Assembly: GCA_963782915.1 (NCBI GenBank)
Contig: CAWALK010000018.1
Coordinates: forward strand, 96,001 to 160,000
Origin: an uncultured archaeon
GTDB taxonomy: Archaea > Thermoproteota > Bathyarchaeia > Bathyarchaeales > Bathycorpusculaceae
DNA length: 64,000 nucleotides
Reading direction: 5' to 3'
The notes beneath the pieces are model-generated. The model had not been told where the DNA came from and searched no databases. It saw nothing but the letters and a program-made list of their open reading frames with translations. Below, piece after piece: positions 51,248 to 62,518 of this stretch. The first letter of the stretch is position 1; every line of letters starts with the position of its first letter. The position numbers and the translations under genes are program-made.

Positions 51248-51829
51248 AATCAATGCATCGAATTCAAGCTGTTTTCTTTTTTAGCATGTGCTAAAGGAAA
51301 AGATTGGGGTGCATCCTTTGAATCTTAAAAAAATCTTTATAGCCGAAATCTCTCTCGGCGGTCATAATAATCTTGTTCGCCGCGTTTTTTGTTAGAGTTT
51401 ACGCCATTCTTGTCAAACGGAGGGCAAACAGAGCCAATATTGTTGTCTTCAACCAAAGAGAATTAAGCTCGTAAAAGAATTCTGCTATCCGCGGGTCAAA
51501 GAGATAGCTCACAAAGCAATCTTTACAACCTACGACTCGGCTATAATGGTCGTGGATATAGAGTTCCACGATCTGGCAGAGATCAGGGTATCTCTCGTTG
51601 TACTGCAACGGCATATTAATAGTGACGTTTGAGGCGACACCAAACAATCCTTATGTTGAATTAACCACTATAACTTTTAGGGCTTTGATATAGTAAAGCC
51701 ACCGCCTCCTAAACTGCCAATCTCTTTTGCGTTTGCCTACGGAAACGAAGTTTCCTTTTTGTCTCCTGAATCAAACGGGTACGAGGGGTCTTTTAGCTAT
51801 CAAATCAACATTAGAGGAAGCCGATAAAT

Positions 51830-52153
51830 TTGGGTTCAAAATTAATACTATCGATTTTGGTTGTTCTAACACTTTTCATTCTGTGTTCTTGCGCTTTATC
51901 GCAAATTTCTTGGTCAATGAAAGAGAATACCTCGGATTCCCTACGCCAATTAGTTGGGTTACCAAGTATAGCTGTTGGGAACCTTAGCCCCTCAACTAGA
52001 AACCCTGGAGTTGAGTTATTTTGCACTGGACTTTACGATGTTCCTGGTGGTTACTGCAGCTATTTTTCTTTGGGATCGTCATACATCGACTTCCAGATGC
52101 CGTCAAACTTTACAGTGACCAACAACTCGATAATTGAAGTTGGAGGAAAATAG
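51830..52153 (+). CDS. Small secreted hypothetical protein
   Basis: N-terminal hydrophobic helix; two Cys in the C-terminal half. Confidence 0.45.
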   Translation: MGSKLILSILVVLTLFILCSCALSQISWSMKENTSDSLRQLVGLPSIAVGNLSPSTRNPGVELFCTGLYDVPGGYCSYFSLGSSYIDFQMPSNFTVTNNSIIEVGGK

Positions 52154-52174
52154 TTGCAAAGATTTAAAAATCTA

Positions 52175-53396
52175 ATGAATTATGCATTAAATTGCATACA
52201 AAGATACAAAATGAGAACCGCCGTCATCTTAATTTGCCTCGCCGTTGCATCATCGGCTTTTTCAGCAGTTGCATTCATGTCAGATGGACTAGTGGGCAAG
52301 AGGGCGCTTTGAGTTTAAAGTATGCTCCTGACTTAACTATTCAAGGCATTCAAGCAGGTAGACAAACGCTCATTTCAACCTACTACATAAATCCCATTTT
52401 GGCTGCTGCTCCCCGGAGTGAGTGGAATCTCTGAGAGAATTTGGGGCTATGGAAATGTCGGAAACACCCTAATCGTTATTGTAGGTCTTGATATTGGAAA
52501 CTCAGCATCAAATGATAACTCATCTCAAACCAACGCCTTTATCGCCGATCAGTCTTCTGCTTATCCTTTAGAGGCAGGTCAGTTTCTTGATCCACAGTCA
52601 AACCAAACTGTGGTTATTGGAAAAGGCGTAGCAGAATTACTTGGCGCCAGCGTCGGCACTGAATTGTCGATACTAACAGAGGCCAATGTAATCAAGCGGT
52701 ATAACGTTGTGGGAATATTCAACAGCGAATCAAGTATTTACAGTGCCGACATGATATTGATGAACTTGAACACAGCACGAGATTTCTTTAACATACCTGA
52801 CGGGAAAGTAACAGATCTATTGGTGTATGTGAATGATGAAGAACGCTAGTTCAAAAGATTCCGCCATCAACTTGGTAGCGCGACAAATAACAGAGCTACC
52901 CAATTGCCGGGTTGTAACAAAAGATGTTCTTCTCGATGCCCAGCAGAAAACATATGGCGATAGATCAGGATTCTTCTCAATCGTATGGTACGTTATTTTA
53001 ATTGCCATTGCAATAATTGCGTTTAATCAAACTGTCGTTGTAGGGCATGAATCGAAGTTTGAAGTGGGCTTACTTAAATCACTTGGATTTTCCACCTCAG
53101 ACATCATCCAGGTGCGGTTTGTGGAAAGCCTTGTGCTTGGAGCGCTTGCTGGAGCAATTGGATTATCAATCGGCATTTTATATGACAGTGTATTGGGTGC
53201 GCCAGTCCTTAGAGATTTCATGTTGGGTTGGGCTAACCTTTATCCCAGCTTTCCAGTTCCTTTTTTGATCAATCCACAAACAGTTTTATTCACTTTCGCT
53301 GTAACCATCGTGCCTCTACTTTTTGCTACAGTAATTCCTTCTTGGCTTAACGCTACAGTTGACCCTGACATAGCCATGAGAGGTGCCCGAGCATGA
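52175..53396 (+). CDS. ABC transporter permease, FtsX/MacB type; several frameshifts
   Basis: APDLTIQG, GQFL..VVIGKGVA..LG, VVGIF, FEVGLLKSLGFS..DII...ESL. Confidence 0.8.
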
Positions 53397-54064
53397 TTGA
53401 AGCATTAAACTTGACTAAAATTTATAATCAAGGCAAAAAAAACCAGGTTGAAGCCTTAAAAGATGCAAGCATAACCGCAGAGAATGGAGCAATAACCGCA
53501 TTGGTGGGACCCAGCGGCTGCGGAAAAACCACTTTGATGAGTATAATTGGACAACTGCTAACACCTACCAAAGGAAAAGTAATAATCGACGGGGAAAACA
53601 TCACCGCATACTCAGACGGTTGGAAAGCTTCTTTTAGAAGAAAAAACATGGGGTTTGTCTTCCAACACATTAACTTGCTTCCTAACTTTAACGCTTTAGA
53701 AAATGTGATGACTCCGCTTATATGCCAAGATATTGATCCTGCTAAATACAAGGGGTTAGCTCTTGAATTGCTGGGTCAATTGGGATTGTCGGAGAGGGCG
53801 TATTTTAACGTAGAACAGCTCTCAGGTGGTCAGCAGCAGAGAGTGGCTGTGGCAAGAGCGTTAATAACCGAGCCGAAAATAATCGTTGCTGATGAACCGC
53901 TAACTTTCGTTGATGAAGCATCCGCGAAGAGAATAACTGATTTCTTCGTTAAACTCAAAGATGAAGGAAAAACAATTCTGATTTCGACACATGCCGCTAG
54001 CTTAGCGAAACTTGCAAGTAAAACATATTTGATTACTGATGGAAAAATTTTTGATTCTTACTAG
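53393..54064 (+). CDS. ABC transporter ATP-binding protein (LolD/MacB-like)
   Basis: GPSGCGKT, GFVFQ, LSGGQQQRVAVARAL, ADEP. Confidence 0.92.
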   Translation: MIEALNLTKIYNQGKKNQVEALKDASITAENGAITALVGPSGCGKTTLMSIIGQLLTPTKGKVIIDGENITAYSDGWKASFRRKNMGFVFQHINLLPNFNALENVMTPLICQDIDPAKYKGLALELLGQLGLSERAYFNVEQLSGGQQQRVAVARALITEPKIIVADEPLTFVDEASAKRITDFFVKLKDEGKTILISTHAASLAKLASKTYLITDGKIFDSY

Positions 54065-54500
54065 TTCCAGTAAAATATGCGGCAATTTAAAAATTGTTTT
54101 TTTAACCGTTTTGATGATTCTAGTTTATCCAGCATATTTTTTTTGACATTCAGGATAGTTAAGCTGTAGTTAAAAAACTCTTAAATTCTGCTTGCGAATT
54201 ACGGCTCAACCAATCTACAATCCAAGACATAAATAAAGCATTGTGATCAAACCAAATAGAAGATGAGTAATGGATAGTACCATTATCTAATACTGAGAAA
54301 TCAAACAAACTACAACTTTTCCAGAGGGGTATTGTTAAAAATAAGAGCTAAAGTCAAAAGCCATTTATGAAAAAATCCCGGCCATTTTTTTGATTAACGT
54401 TAAGGGTATATAACAAATTAGCATTAGAAAGTATTAAATTATCGTATAAAAAAGAAAAAGGGGAATCGCTTTTTTGCAACGTATTTAACTTTTCTTTAGA

Positions 54501-56817
54501 TTAGCGGTGTGGTGGTGGAAAGGGTTTTTTTTGCTTTACTGGGGTATAGGGTCTCATCATTTCATTATCTTCATGATCAACGATGTGGCAGTGCCAGACG
54601 TAACCTGGTCCAGTCGTTGCGTCGAATTGAAACTTGTCTTGCCCTGGTTTAGCCTCATTTATGTTGAGGTCTTGTGGTGCGAAGCGAACAACAATGCGTG
54701 ATACTTGTCCGGGCATCATTTTCAACATGTCTTTCCAGCCGGATTCCCATGGGGCAGAGGCTGGGTTGGTCCTTGCAGGAACGGTGTAACATCGGGGTTT
54801 CCTCCGATGGCGCCTGCTTGGTTTGGGGTGAAGTAGGCTTTTGGTGGCCCATAGAAGGGTACGAATGTTCCTGAGGGGAACAAGCTATCGTAGAGTGCTC
54901 GGTAGCCGTTTGGGTCCACTTCGTCTGTGTCAAAGTTGACTCCGAAATTGTAGTCTTGGCGGTTTAAAAGTTGGTACTGGACAAGATGTAAATGGATTGG
55001 GTGTGCGTCCACTGTTAAGTTGATAATGTCCCATTGTTCAGTTGAGCCTACGGTGGTGATTCAGAAAGGTATCTTCCATCAACCAATAGGTAGTCTTTGT
55101 TAGGTCTGTTGCTTGCATTTGTTCCGTCCCATCTTGTATTATTTAGTATTGGCGCTATTGGTCCTCCTTGGCCTGGCATTTCGATTAAAGTAATCATTCG
55201 GTATTTGTTGATTTTGACTTGTTTAGCATCCGCCTTTTGCGTTGATAGTCTAACTATTGGTTCGGGTGAGTTACATTTTCCGCCTCGTAAGTGTTGCATA
55301 CTTGGTTGCTGGGTTAAAGCTTGTATCTTTGCGTCCTGTAATGGTGGTTCCGACTTTGAATTTCATTATCTGTCCGACTGTGTTGAGGAAAGCTGCGCTT
55401 GTTGCTGGGCCTGGTCCAGAATCAGAGCCGGGTCCTCCGCCCCATTGGGTATGGCGTGGCTGCATCGTTGGTCATGATGATCTCTTTTCCTGCGACACCG
55501 CGAAGTCAACGATGATGTCTGCACTTTCGCCCGGTGCAATGAACAGTTATCGACAGGACGGGTTTGTCTAGTAAGCCTCCGTCGCCGCCAATGACCCAAA
55601 TTTGACCCCTGGAATTTTGAGGTTGAGGAAGCGAGCGTTACCTCCATCCACGATTCTGAAGCGGTATCTGCGTGGTTCGACGTTTAGATATGGCCATGAT
55701 TTGCCGTTTACAAGAATTATGTCTCCGAAAAATTCTGGAATCCAGAATGGATGCACATTGGGGTTTGGTGGTCCACCATTAAATCCTGCTCCGTCTGTTG
55801 GTTGATTGGATGTCACTGCCGTTCTGATTCTCCGGTGCCATCAGGGAAAAGCAATTGCCCGTTGGTGTCAAACATTTTATCTTGGATGGCTAATTCGATT
55901 TCTTATGGTCCTGCTGGAAGTTTAAGTCCTTTTACTGGTATCCCAGTGTCGTATTGGTCGCGGATGAAATAGAATCCTACTAAGCCAGAGTACAGGTTGG
56001 TGCTCGTTGCTCCTAAAACGTGGTCATGGTAGAAGAGTGTGGTTGCTTCTTGGCCATTAGGGTAATAGTATTTTTGGGTTGTTCCCGCTGTCCAAGCTGG
56101 TCCTCTTAATGTGTAGCTTTGGTAAACCATGCGTCTGGTCCTCCGTCTGATGATCATGGTACTTCTCCGCCATGAAGGTGGGTAACGACTGGAATTGGTC
56201 CTCTATAGGGTTCAGAGGTCCCTCCGGTTGCTGTCCAGGTATTGCGTTGGGGTTCAACTGGTTCTGTGGGTCAGCCCAATGTATAGTTTGGTCAACGGTC
56301 ATGTATTGTTGTAGTTTTGAGGTAGTGTTGTCGAGCTGTTGACGTAGGTGACGCTGAGTGGATCGTTCCGTTTTGCTTCAATGGTAAAAGCTGGATAGAG
56401 AGGACCAGAGGTAGATAAACCGTTATTTACGGCATAACCCCAAACATATGTGCCATTTTTATAGGGTCACTTAAAGCGTTGTAGAAGCTGGGCAAGATTT
56501 TCTCTTGTAACTCAAGGTTGTCGATTGTTAAATGCTTATGTGCCATTGCATTGACTCTTGCGCCAACAAAAGTCGGAATGGATCAATCCATTTGGGAATT
56601 GTTAAGCCGTCGACTGCTGTTTGTGGCACTAACGCTGATACTGTACTCACTAACGGTATGGAGAAAGCCAAGTTGTGCCCTAATTAATTTAGACTTATCT
56701 AAGGCTCCGATTGTCGGAATTCCTACAGTTAAGCCTATTACCGCTGCTCCGCCTGCTATTGCACCGTTTGATGAATTTACGCCTAGAAATTTTTTTGCAT
56801 TCTTCTTCTTTTGACAT
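54501..56817 (-). pseudogene. Tat-exported multicopper oxidase (CotA/bilirubin oxidase-like), fragmented by many frameshifts
   Basis: SRRKF twin-arginine signal; LFYHDH, AHPIHLHL, YVWHCHIVDHEDNEMM copper motifs; PEFFGD..VNG.SWP. Confidence 0.85.
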
Positions 56818-56892
56818 AAAAAGCCCTATAAGTTTTAACTCAATTTTGTATTTACGGGCTTGTTTCAATCAAAGCGAACAAACAATCCCCTG

Positions 56893-57783
56893 TCAGGGCT
56901 CTTTTCTTAGGTGCGCCATTTGCACAAGCTCCTGTAGCATTGTTTTGCCATCTTTCGAGTTAGTCCATGCGAGGTTGAAGAAACCATTTAGCATCCGTAC
57001 AAGCTCAGGATGATTGGTCCATATAGCGTTTTCTGGCACGCCATGCTCGTTGCCGTTTAAGCAAATTAGCACTTCTCTACCATCAATAATCCCCAAAGGC
57101 ACAATGTCAATGGGTGAAATATGACGTAAATCGCAAAACTCCAAAAACCGCTGTGCCGCCACTGTGTTATGCGCATCGAATTCTGTTATCGCCCGAATAT
57201 TCACGTGTACAGCTGTTTTTTTGGCTAACGAATCGTCTGCACCCTCAAGGATCCAACGCATTATATCGTTGCCTTTGACGATTATGTCTATGTTTTTTTG
57301 GGCGGAGTCATAGAGCATTATGGCAAATTTGTAAACGTTTTTTGTGCCCTGAATAATCCTAAAAGTATAACCTTTAGGGGATAGTGGAAAATCTGATATT
57401 TCAGCCCATTTCTCCAGCAACAGCGGCCGTTTACTTTCCAGCTGCACGATGCGGTTTGCGGCTTCCTGCTCCAGCAGACTTATGGCATGCTCAATCTTGA
57501 GCGGTGTATAGCGGCGGGGGCGTTCAAGGGAAATCTCTACAAGCCCACGGTCAAGCAGGCTTTTTATTGCTCGATATGTCTGGAGCCGATTGTATTGTGC
57601 GGCACTTGTTATTTCGTTGGCGTTTGCTGAGCCTAGTCGGGATAGGGTGTAGTAGATTTTTGCTTCTCTGACTGTTAAGCCGAAGTCTTGAAGGTAACTA
57701 ATGATCGATGTAGAGGCTGCGCCTTTCTGGAGGCTGCTTATCTCTTTGGCGTTTTTGCTGACGCTCAAACGGCTCTGTTGCAT
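56893..57783 (-). CDS. TrmB-family transcriptional regulator
   Basis: LQDFGLT.REAKIY..L...G...A.EI..Y..IKSLLDRGLVE..RP.RY; C-terminal PLD-like effector domain. Confidence 0.85.
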   Translation of the reverse strand: MQQSRLSVSKNAKEISSLQKGAASTSIISYLQDFGLTVREAKIYYTLSRLGSANANEITSAAQYNRLQTYRAIKSLLDRGLVEISLERPRRYTPLKIEHAISLLEQEAANRIVQLESKRPLLLEKWAEISDFPLSPKGYTFRIIQGTKNVYKFAIMLYDSAQKNIDIIVKGNDIMRWILEGADDSLAKKTAVHVNIRAITEFDAHNTVAAQRFLEFCDLRHISPIDIVPLGIIDGREVLICLNGNEHGVPENAIWTNHPELVRMLNGFFNLAWTNSKDGKTMLQELVQMAHLRKEP

Positions 57784-58031
57784 AAATGTTTTCTGCCCTC
57801 AACTGCCAACGTAAAAAACTTGTTAAAACGGCAAGCCTAAGCTTGCGAGTCCACATCAAATGGTCGTTGAAAATTATTTTAAGGTATGTGGTTGGGCGGT
57901 TACAGCCACAAGCGGTTTGGGGGCTGTTGTTTTGTTGGTCGAGTGGTGATCTGTATTGGTGATTAGTAAGGCTTAATTGGTTAAGCAAGTCGTAAGTAGC
58001 TATAAACAAGTAACAATACATAATATGATTT

Positions 58032-60029
58032 GTGGGGGAAAACAAGCAAGCTATGACTATACAACAAGAAAACACCTTCGAAGGCGTAGTCATAGATGCA
58101 ACCACAAAAGAACCCATAGACAAAGACTACCTGATAAAAATCCTAAAAACCCACCGAGTAAACACAACCACCATCGAAAACTCCAACACCCGACTCAAAG
58201 ACGCAATTCCCGCCCTACGCAAAGCCAAAATCAATTTACCCGAAACCTTCTACAAAGATTTATCAAAAAAACTTTGCATGCCGTTTATAGAGAACTCAAA
58301 AATCAAAAAAATCTATGAAGAAGAACAAAGAAGCAAACTCATCTCAATCCTGCCATACCCCATCATAAGCAAATACAAAGTCATACCACTTGAAATCAAG
58401 GGATCAATTATCGATTTAGCCGTCGATAACCCCTTAGACCGCAAAGTGCTAGTGGCGGTTCAGTACCTATTTGCCACTTACAAGATTAATCTGTGTGTGG
58501 TTTCTTCGCAATCGATTGATTGGGCAATAGATAACATCTATCGAGAAATCCACAAGAAAAACGCGATGCTTGACCTCTATAACCGCACACCCAACCAATC
58601 CGCATACCGCGTGCTCTATCCAAAACAGAAGTACTTCATAATCGCCGCAATTACCGTCTTCGCTATAGCCGTTATAGTAAATTCGGCGCTCACTTTTATG
58701 GTGCTGTTTGCAGCCATAAGCATCGGCTACTTCATAGTTAACCCCATCAAAATCTACATTTCTATTCGCGGCTTCAAAGGCGGCAGAGCCCCAACCCGAA
58801 TCACCCGCGGCGAAATGGAATGGACATGCGACGAAGACTTCCCCATGTACACCGTATTAATCCCAGTTTTTCGTGAAGCAGGCATACTAGCCCAAAACAT
58901 GCGCAACATGTACCACCTAAACTATCCAAAAAACAAGTTAGACATAAAAATCCTCATGGAAGAACGCGACCAAGAAACAATCAACGAAGCCAAAGCATTG
59001 GGGCTGTTTGGGTCACCCACAAAAATGGCAGAGGGAATCCCCAAAGAAGAATACGCTGAATTCCTCAAACTATTTGACCCCATAGTTATTCCAGGAGCTA
59101 AAGTCACGACTAAGCCGCGGGCATGCAACTATGGCTTGCTGCGGGCGAAGGGCGAATTATGCGTTATCTACGATGCCGAAGATAACCCTGACCCAGACCA
59201 ACTTAAAAAAGCAGCCATCGTATTTCTGCGCTTACCAGAAGACGTAGTCTGCCTACAATCAAAACTAAACTTCTACAACGCCGACGAAAACATAATTACA
59301 AAATGGTTCAGCATTGAGTATGCTAACTGGTACGAATTCTACCTTCAAGGATTAGACTGGATAGAAGCACCAATCCCATTGGGTGGCACAAGTAATCATT
59401 TCCGCAAGAAGGGGCTTGACGAATTGGGCAGATGGGACCCCTACAACGTAACTGAGGACGCAGATTTAGGAATAAGGCTAGCAAGGAAGAAGCTAAAGAC
59501 GGAAATGATTGACTCCTACACATACGAAGAAGCCACGTTGACTGCGAAGAGTTGGGTAGTTCAAAGGTCGCGATGGTACAAAGGACACCTACAAACGTAC
59601 CTCGTCCATATGCGTGAACCTAAAAAGCTCTTCAAGGATTTAGGAGCTGAAAAATTCCTCAAACTACAGTTAACGTTTGGAACAGGGGTCTTCATACCGC
59701 TCATAAACCCAGTACTCTGGGTATTGCTTGCATTGACATTGGTAGCGCCCATGTGGTTTGGCTGGCTTATCCCCAGTTATCTGCAGCCGCTTTGCCTCTT
59801 CAACCTAATCGTAGGCAACCTCTCATACATAGCAATCTATGTCGTCGCATGCGTCAAACTCAAGAAAAACCGCTACATTCCCTATGCATTGGCGATGCCT
59901 GCGTATTGGGCGCTTTTGAGTTTTGCAAGCTGGAGAGGCTTCATCCAACTCATCAAAAACCCGTTCTACTGGGATAAAACCAGCCACGGCGTCTCTAAGG
60001 CTGCATCGGCAAATAAGCCTGCAACTTAG
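58032..60029 (+). CDS. GT2 processive glycosyltransferase with N-terminal GSPII_N (MshEN-like) domain
   Basis: KYKVIPL..IDLAVDNP.D domain; YTVLIPVFRE, TKPRACN, YDAED, GGTSNHF, TEDADLG, QRSRW. Confidence 0.88.
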   Translation: MGENKQAMTIQQENTFEGVVIDATTKEPIDKDYLIKILKTHRVNTTTIENSNTRLKDAIPALRKAKINLPETFYKDLSKKLCMPFIENSKIKKIYEEEQRSKLISILPYPIISKYKVIPLEIKGSIIDLAVDNPLDRKVLVAVQYLFATYKINLCVVSSQSIDWAIDNIYREIHKKNAMLDLYNRTPNQSAYRVLYPKQKYFIIAAITVFAIAVIVNSALTFMVLFAAISIGYFIVNPIKIYISIRGFKGGRAPTRITRGEMEWTCDEDFPMYTVLIPVFREAGILAQNMRNMYHLNYPKNKLDIKILMEERDQETINEAKALGLFGSPTKMAEGIPKEEYAEFLKLFDPIVIPGAKVTTKPRACNYGLLRAKGELCVIYDAEDNPDPDQLKKAAIVFLRLPEDVVCLQSKLNFYNADENIITKWFSIEYANWYEFYLQGLDWIEAPIPLGGTSNHFRKKGLDELGRWDPYNVTEDADLGIRLARKKLKTEMIDSYTYEEATLTAKSWVVQRSRWYKGHLQTYLVHMREPKKLFKDLGAEKFLKLQLTFGTGVFIPLINPVLWVLLALTLVAPMWFGWLIPSYLQPLCLFNLIVGNLSYIAIYVVACVKLKKNRYIPYALAMPAYWALLSFASWRGFIQLIKNPFYWDKTSHGVSKAASANKPAT

Positions 60030-60721
60030 TGATGCCCATTTTCAGTGGTGGGTGGGATATGTTTCCATATTCTTTTTCTTACAAACACAAATGAGGTAAT
60101 GCTTGTGACAAGCACCGTGACTAGGAGTATAAAGTTGGCTAATGTAACCCATTCGGAGACATTCATCATTGCGTATAGGATGGCTGCGAAGAGGTAGAAT
60201 GAAACTGCCCCTGTAACTGCCTGTGCAACAATGAGGAGTCTTGGACCTTTTAGTGCTTTAGCTTTAAGTTTATTCAGCCCCGATTCAATTCTTCTCGACA
60301 CATCAGGCAAATCATCTAAAACTAAAGTGAGACCTCCAAGCAAAAAGAACCTGCCAGTATTCACTTCCATAGATGTGTTGTTAACCAAAAAAATCGTGCC
60401 CAAAGGCACAGGCGTGAATGTTATAACGTAGAGGGAAGCGCAGACTAGGACTAGGAAGCCGTAGAAGTAGTGGTGAAACAGGAACCGTCCGGTGTGCAGT
60501 TTGCGGCCGACCAATGCGCTTGGGAAGACGTTTATGGCGGCTGCGGCGATGACTACCCAGAATACGATGCCGCTGTATAAGTAGGGGTAGAATGGTTGCC
60601 AATCTGGGAAGAACCAGTAGAATCCCGCGATGATGCCGGCAGCGCAAGCTATGGTTAATAGCGCATTGAAGACTAGGGCTAAACTGAACATTTTTTTGCA
60701 GAGTATCCATGCGCGACCCAT
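60026..60721 (-). CDS. Polytopic membrane protein
   Basis: About six TM; RFLFHHYFYG and LVLDDLPD motifs. Confidence 0.7.
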   Translation of the reverse strand: MGRAWILCKKMFSLALVFNALLTIACAAGIIAGFYWFFPDWQPFYPYLYSGIVFWVVIAAAAINVFPSALVGRKLHTGRFLFHHYFYGFLVLVCASLYVITFTPVPLGTIFLVNNTSMEVNTGRFFLLGGLTLVLDDLPDVSRRIESGLNKLKAKALKGPRLLIVAQAVTGAVSFYLFAAILYAMMNVSEWVTLANFILLVTVLVTSITSFVFVRKRIWKHIPPTTENGHH

Positions 60722-60910
60722 GCAACATCCCTTCTAAATCAATGAAAACCCAGAAGAACGCTCCTATGGGATTTGAATGTTATGTATTAACATATGTGGC
60801 TACAACAAGAAATCACTGAGAATCCAAATACAACCGTTTGATTCGCGCAATTAGAGTTACTGTTTATTTGCGCCAACATACCCTTAAAAGAAGAAAAAAG
60901 CAAACAAATC

Positions 60911-61714
60911 TTGTGTTGCTTCTTGACTAACAATTTAGAAAGAAACGTCCTTGTTGCCGTATTAGTTGTTATTCTTGCAGGAGGAGTTATCGCTGCCGGA
61001 GTCTACTTTATCATATCAAACTTGATAACTTACACCCAAACTTCCCCGCCTACCACGGTTATGCCGGCACTGAATTGGGGAGGATACGTTGTTGCTTCGG
61101 ATTTGCAGAATCCCCAAGCCGTAGTCGCGGGAGTTAATGGTTCATGGATTGTGCCTTCATTAACGGATATTGGAGCCGACGCGTTTTCGGCAGTTTGGGT
61201 TGGCATCGGCGGACAATACAGCAAGTCTTTAGTTCAGATCGGAACGGAACAGGACTTTATCGGTGGCGTAGCGCAATATTCCGCTTGGTACGAAACTTTA
61301 CCTAATGAATCCGTGACCATCGATTCTATGCAGATATCACCCGGCGATCACATGCAAGCAACCGTCGTTTTAACCGACCCAACCAGCAACCTATGGGCGT
61401 TAAATATTGCGGATTTGTCCACGGGTCAGACTTTTCAAATCAATGTAGCCTATACTTCGGATCAATTGACTGCTGAGTGGATTGTTGAGAGACCGGACGT
61501 TAATGGTGCGGTGAGTGTGTTGGCGGATTTTGGAAGCGTAACTTTTACGAATTGTACAGCAAACCTTGGAAGCTATGGGGCTTTAACTGATTTTCAGAAT
61601 GTTAAAATTGTGATGGATGCTCAAGCGGGGAATAATCGGTCTGTACGGTTAGTTGATGTTTCAGACCTCGTTAACCAGGGAACGGGGTTTACGGTTAACT
61701 ACTTAACAGGATAA
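60911..61714 (+). CDS. G1-family (eqolisin) glutamic peptidase, membrane-anchored
   Basis: NWGGY, WVGIGG, LVQIGT, AWYE, PGD and AEWIVERP. Confidence 0.85.
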   Translation: MCCFLTNNLERNVLVAVLVVILAGGVIAAGVYFIISNLITYTQTSPPTTVMPALNWGGYVVASDLQNPQAVVAGVNGSWIVPSLTDIGADAFSAVWVGIGGQYSKSLVQIGTEQDFIGGVAQYSAWYETLPNESVTIDSMQISPGDHMQATVVLTDPTSNLWALNIADLSTGQTFQINVAYTSDQLTAEWIVERPDVNGAVSVLADFGSVTFTNCTANLGSYGALTDFQNVKIVMDAQAGNNRSVRLVDVSDLVNQGTGFTVNYLTG

Positions 61715-61774
61715 ACAAACCAGTTTAAAGAATTTCATAAAAAAGGGGTATTAGGATTGAATGCTTTGAGGTTG

Positions 61775-62518
61775 CTATGTATTTGGAGGCATGTAGGTTG
61801 CTGTCCCATCAAGTGTCAGCGTTCCAACGACTTCTACTGGGGTATTGGGTATCCACATTGGAATCTGAACACGCACCCAAGCAGGGACATCGGTATGCGA
61901 CATCTGTATAGTCCAACCTGAATATTGCGGCTTGGGCAACACAGTGGTTTCATTATGAGCAAAAGGTGCACCTATGGGGCTAAACATCAAAGTCATCGGT
62001 GGAATAGTAAAATTGCCGCCCAAAGCTGCTGGAAGGGTAACGTTGAATGAAGCAGTCAAATTAGCCCAAAGTACATCGCCGTCCATGTATACCTGAAGTT
62101 GGTCAGCTGTTGGTACGAAATAGTTCATCAATACCGGTGGCGTCCAGATTGGTGTGCCATTTACTACACCTTTTATCCAAGCAATTGCAGCGGGGTCAGT
62201 GTTAGTTGATAAGATCGCGACTCCAACGTACTGGTTCAATGATGGTACCCAAATAAAGATCTGCATTACATCGGGACCGCCAAAATCAGATTTTGGATCC
62301 ACCGCTGTAACGGCAATCCTAAGGTTAACTGGGTGACTAGAGTTTGCAGTGGGGGGTAACTGGAGGTTGACGTTTCCGCCGTTGGTATAGGTTACGATTT
62401 TCGATGTGGTTGTTGGTGTGGGGGTTGGTGTCTGCGCGAATACCGCTGCTGAAATTGAAGTTGCCAAAAGTACTGCAAGGAACGCTGCTAGAGTTATACG
62501 TTTTCTCAAAAATATCAC
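61775..62518 (-). CDS. Secreted hypothetical protein
   Basis: Signal peptide ending VFA-Q and a PTPT linker. Confidence 0.7.
   Translation of the reverse strand: MIFLRKRITLAAFLAVLLATSISAAVFAQTPTPTPTTTSKIVTYTNGGNVNLQLPPTANSSHPVNLRIAVTAVDPKSDFGGPDVMQIFIWVPSLNQYVGVAILSTNTDPAAIAWIKGVVNGTPIWTPPVLMNYFVPTADQLQVYMDGDVLWANLTASFNVTLPAALGGNFTIPPMTLMFSPIGAPFAHNETTVLPKPQYSGWTIQMSHTDVPAWVRVQIPMWIPNTPVEVVGTLTLDGTATYMPPNT

Noticed and set aside
51399-51647. Minus-strand 82-aa ORF in the copper locus
   Set aside because: The plus strand has a signal-peptide-like start near 51318 and fits the operon direction, so this is probably the shadow of a frameshifted plus-strand gene
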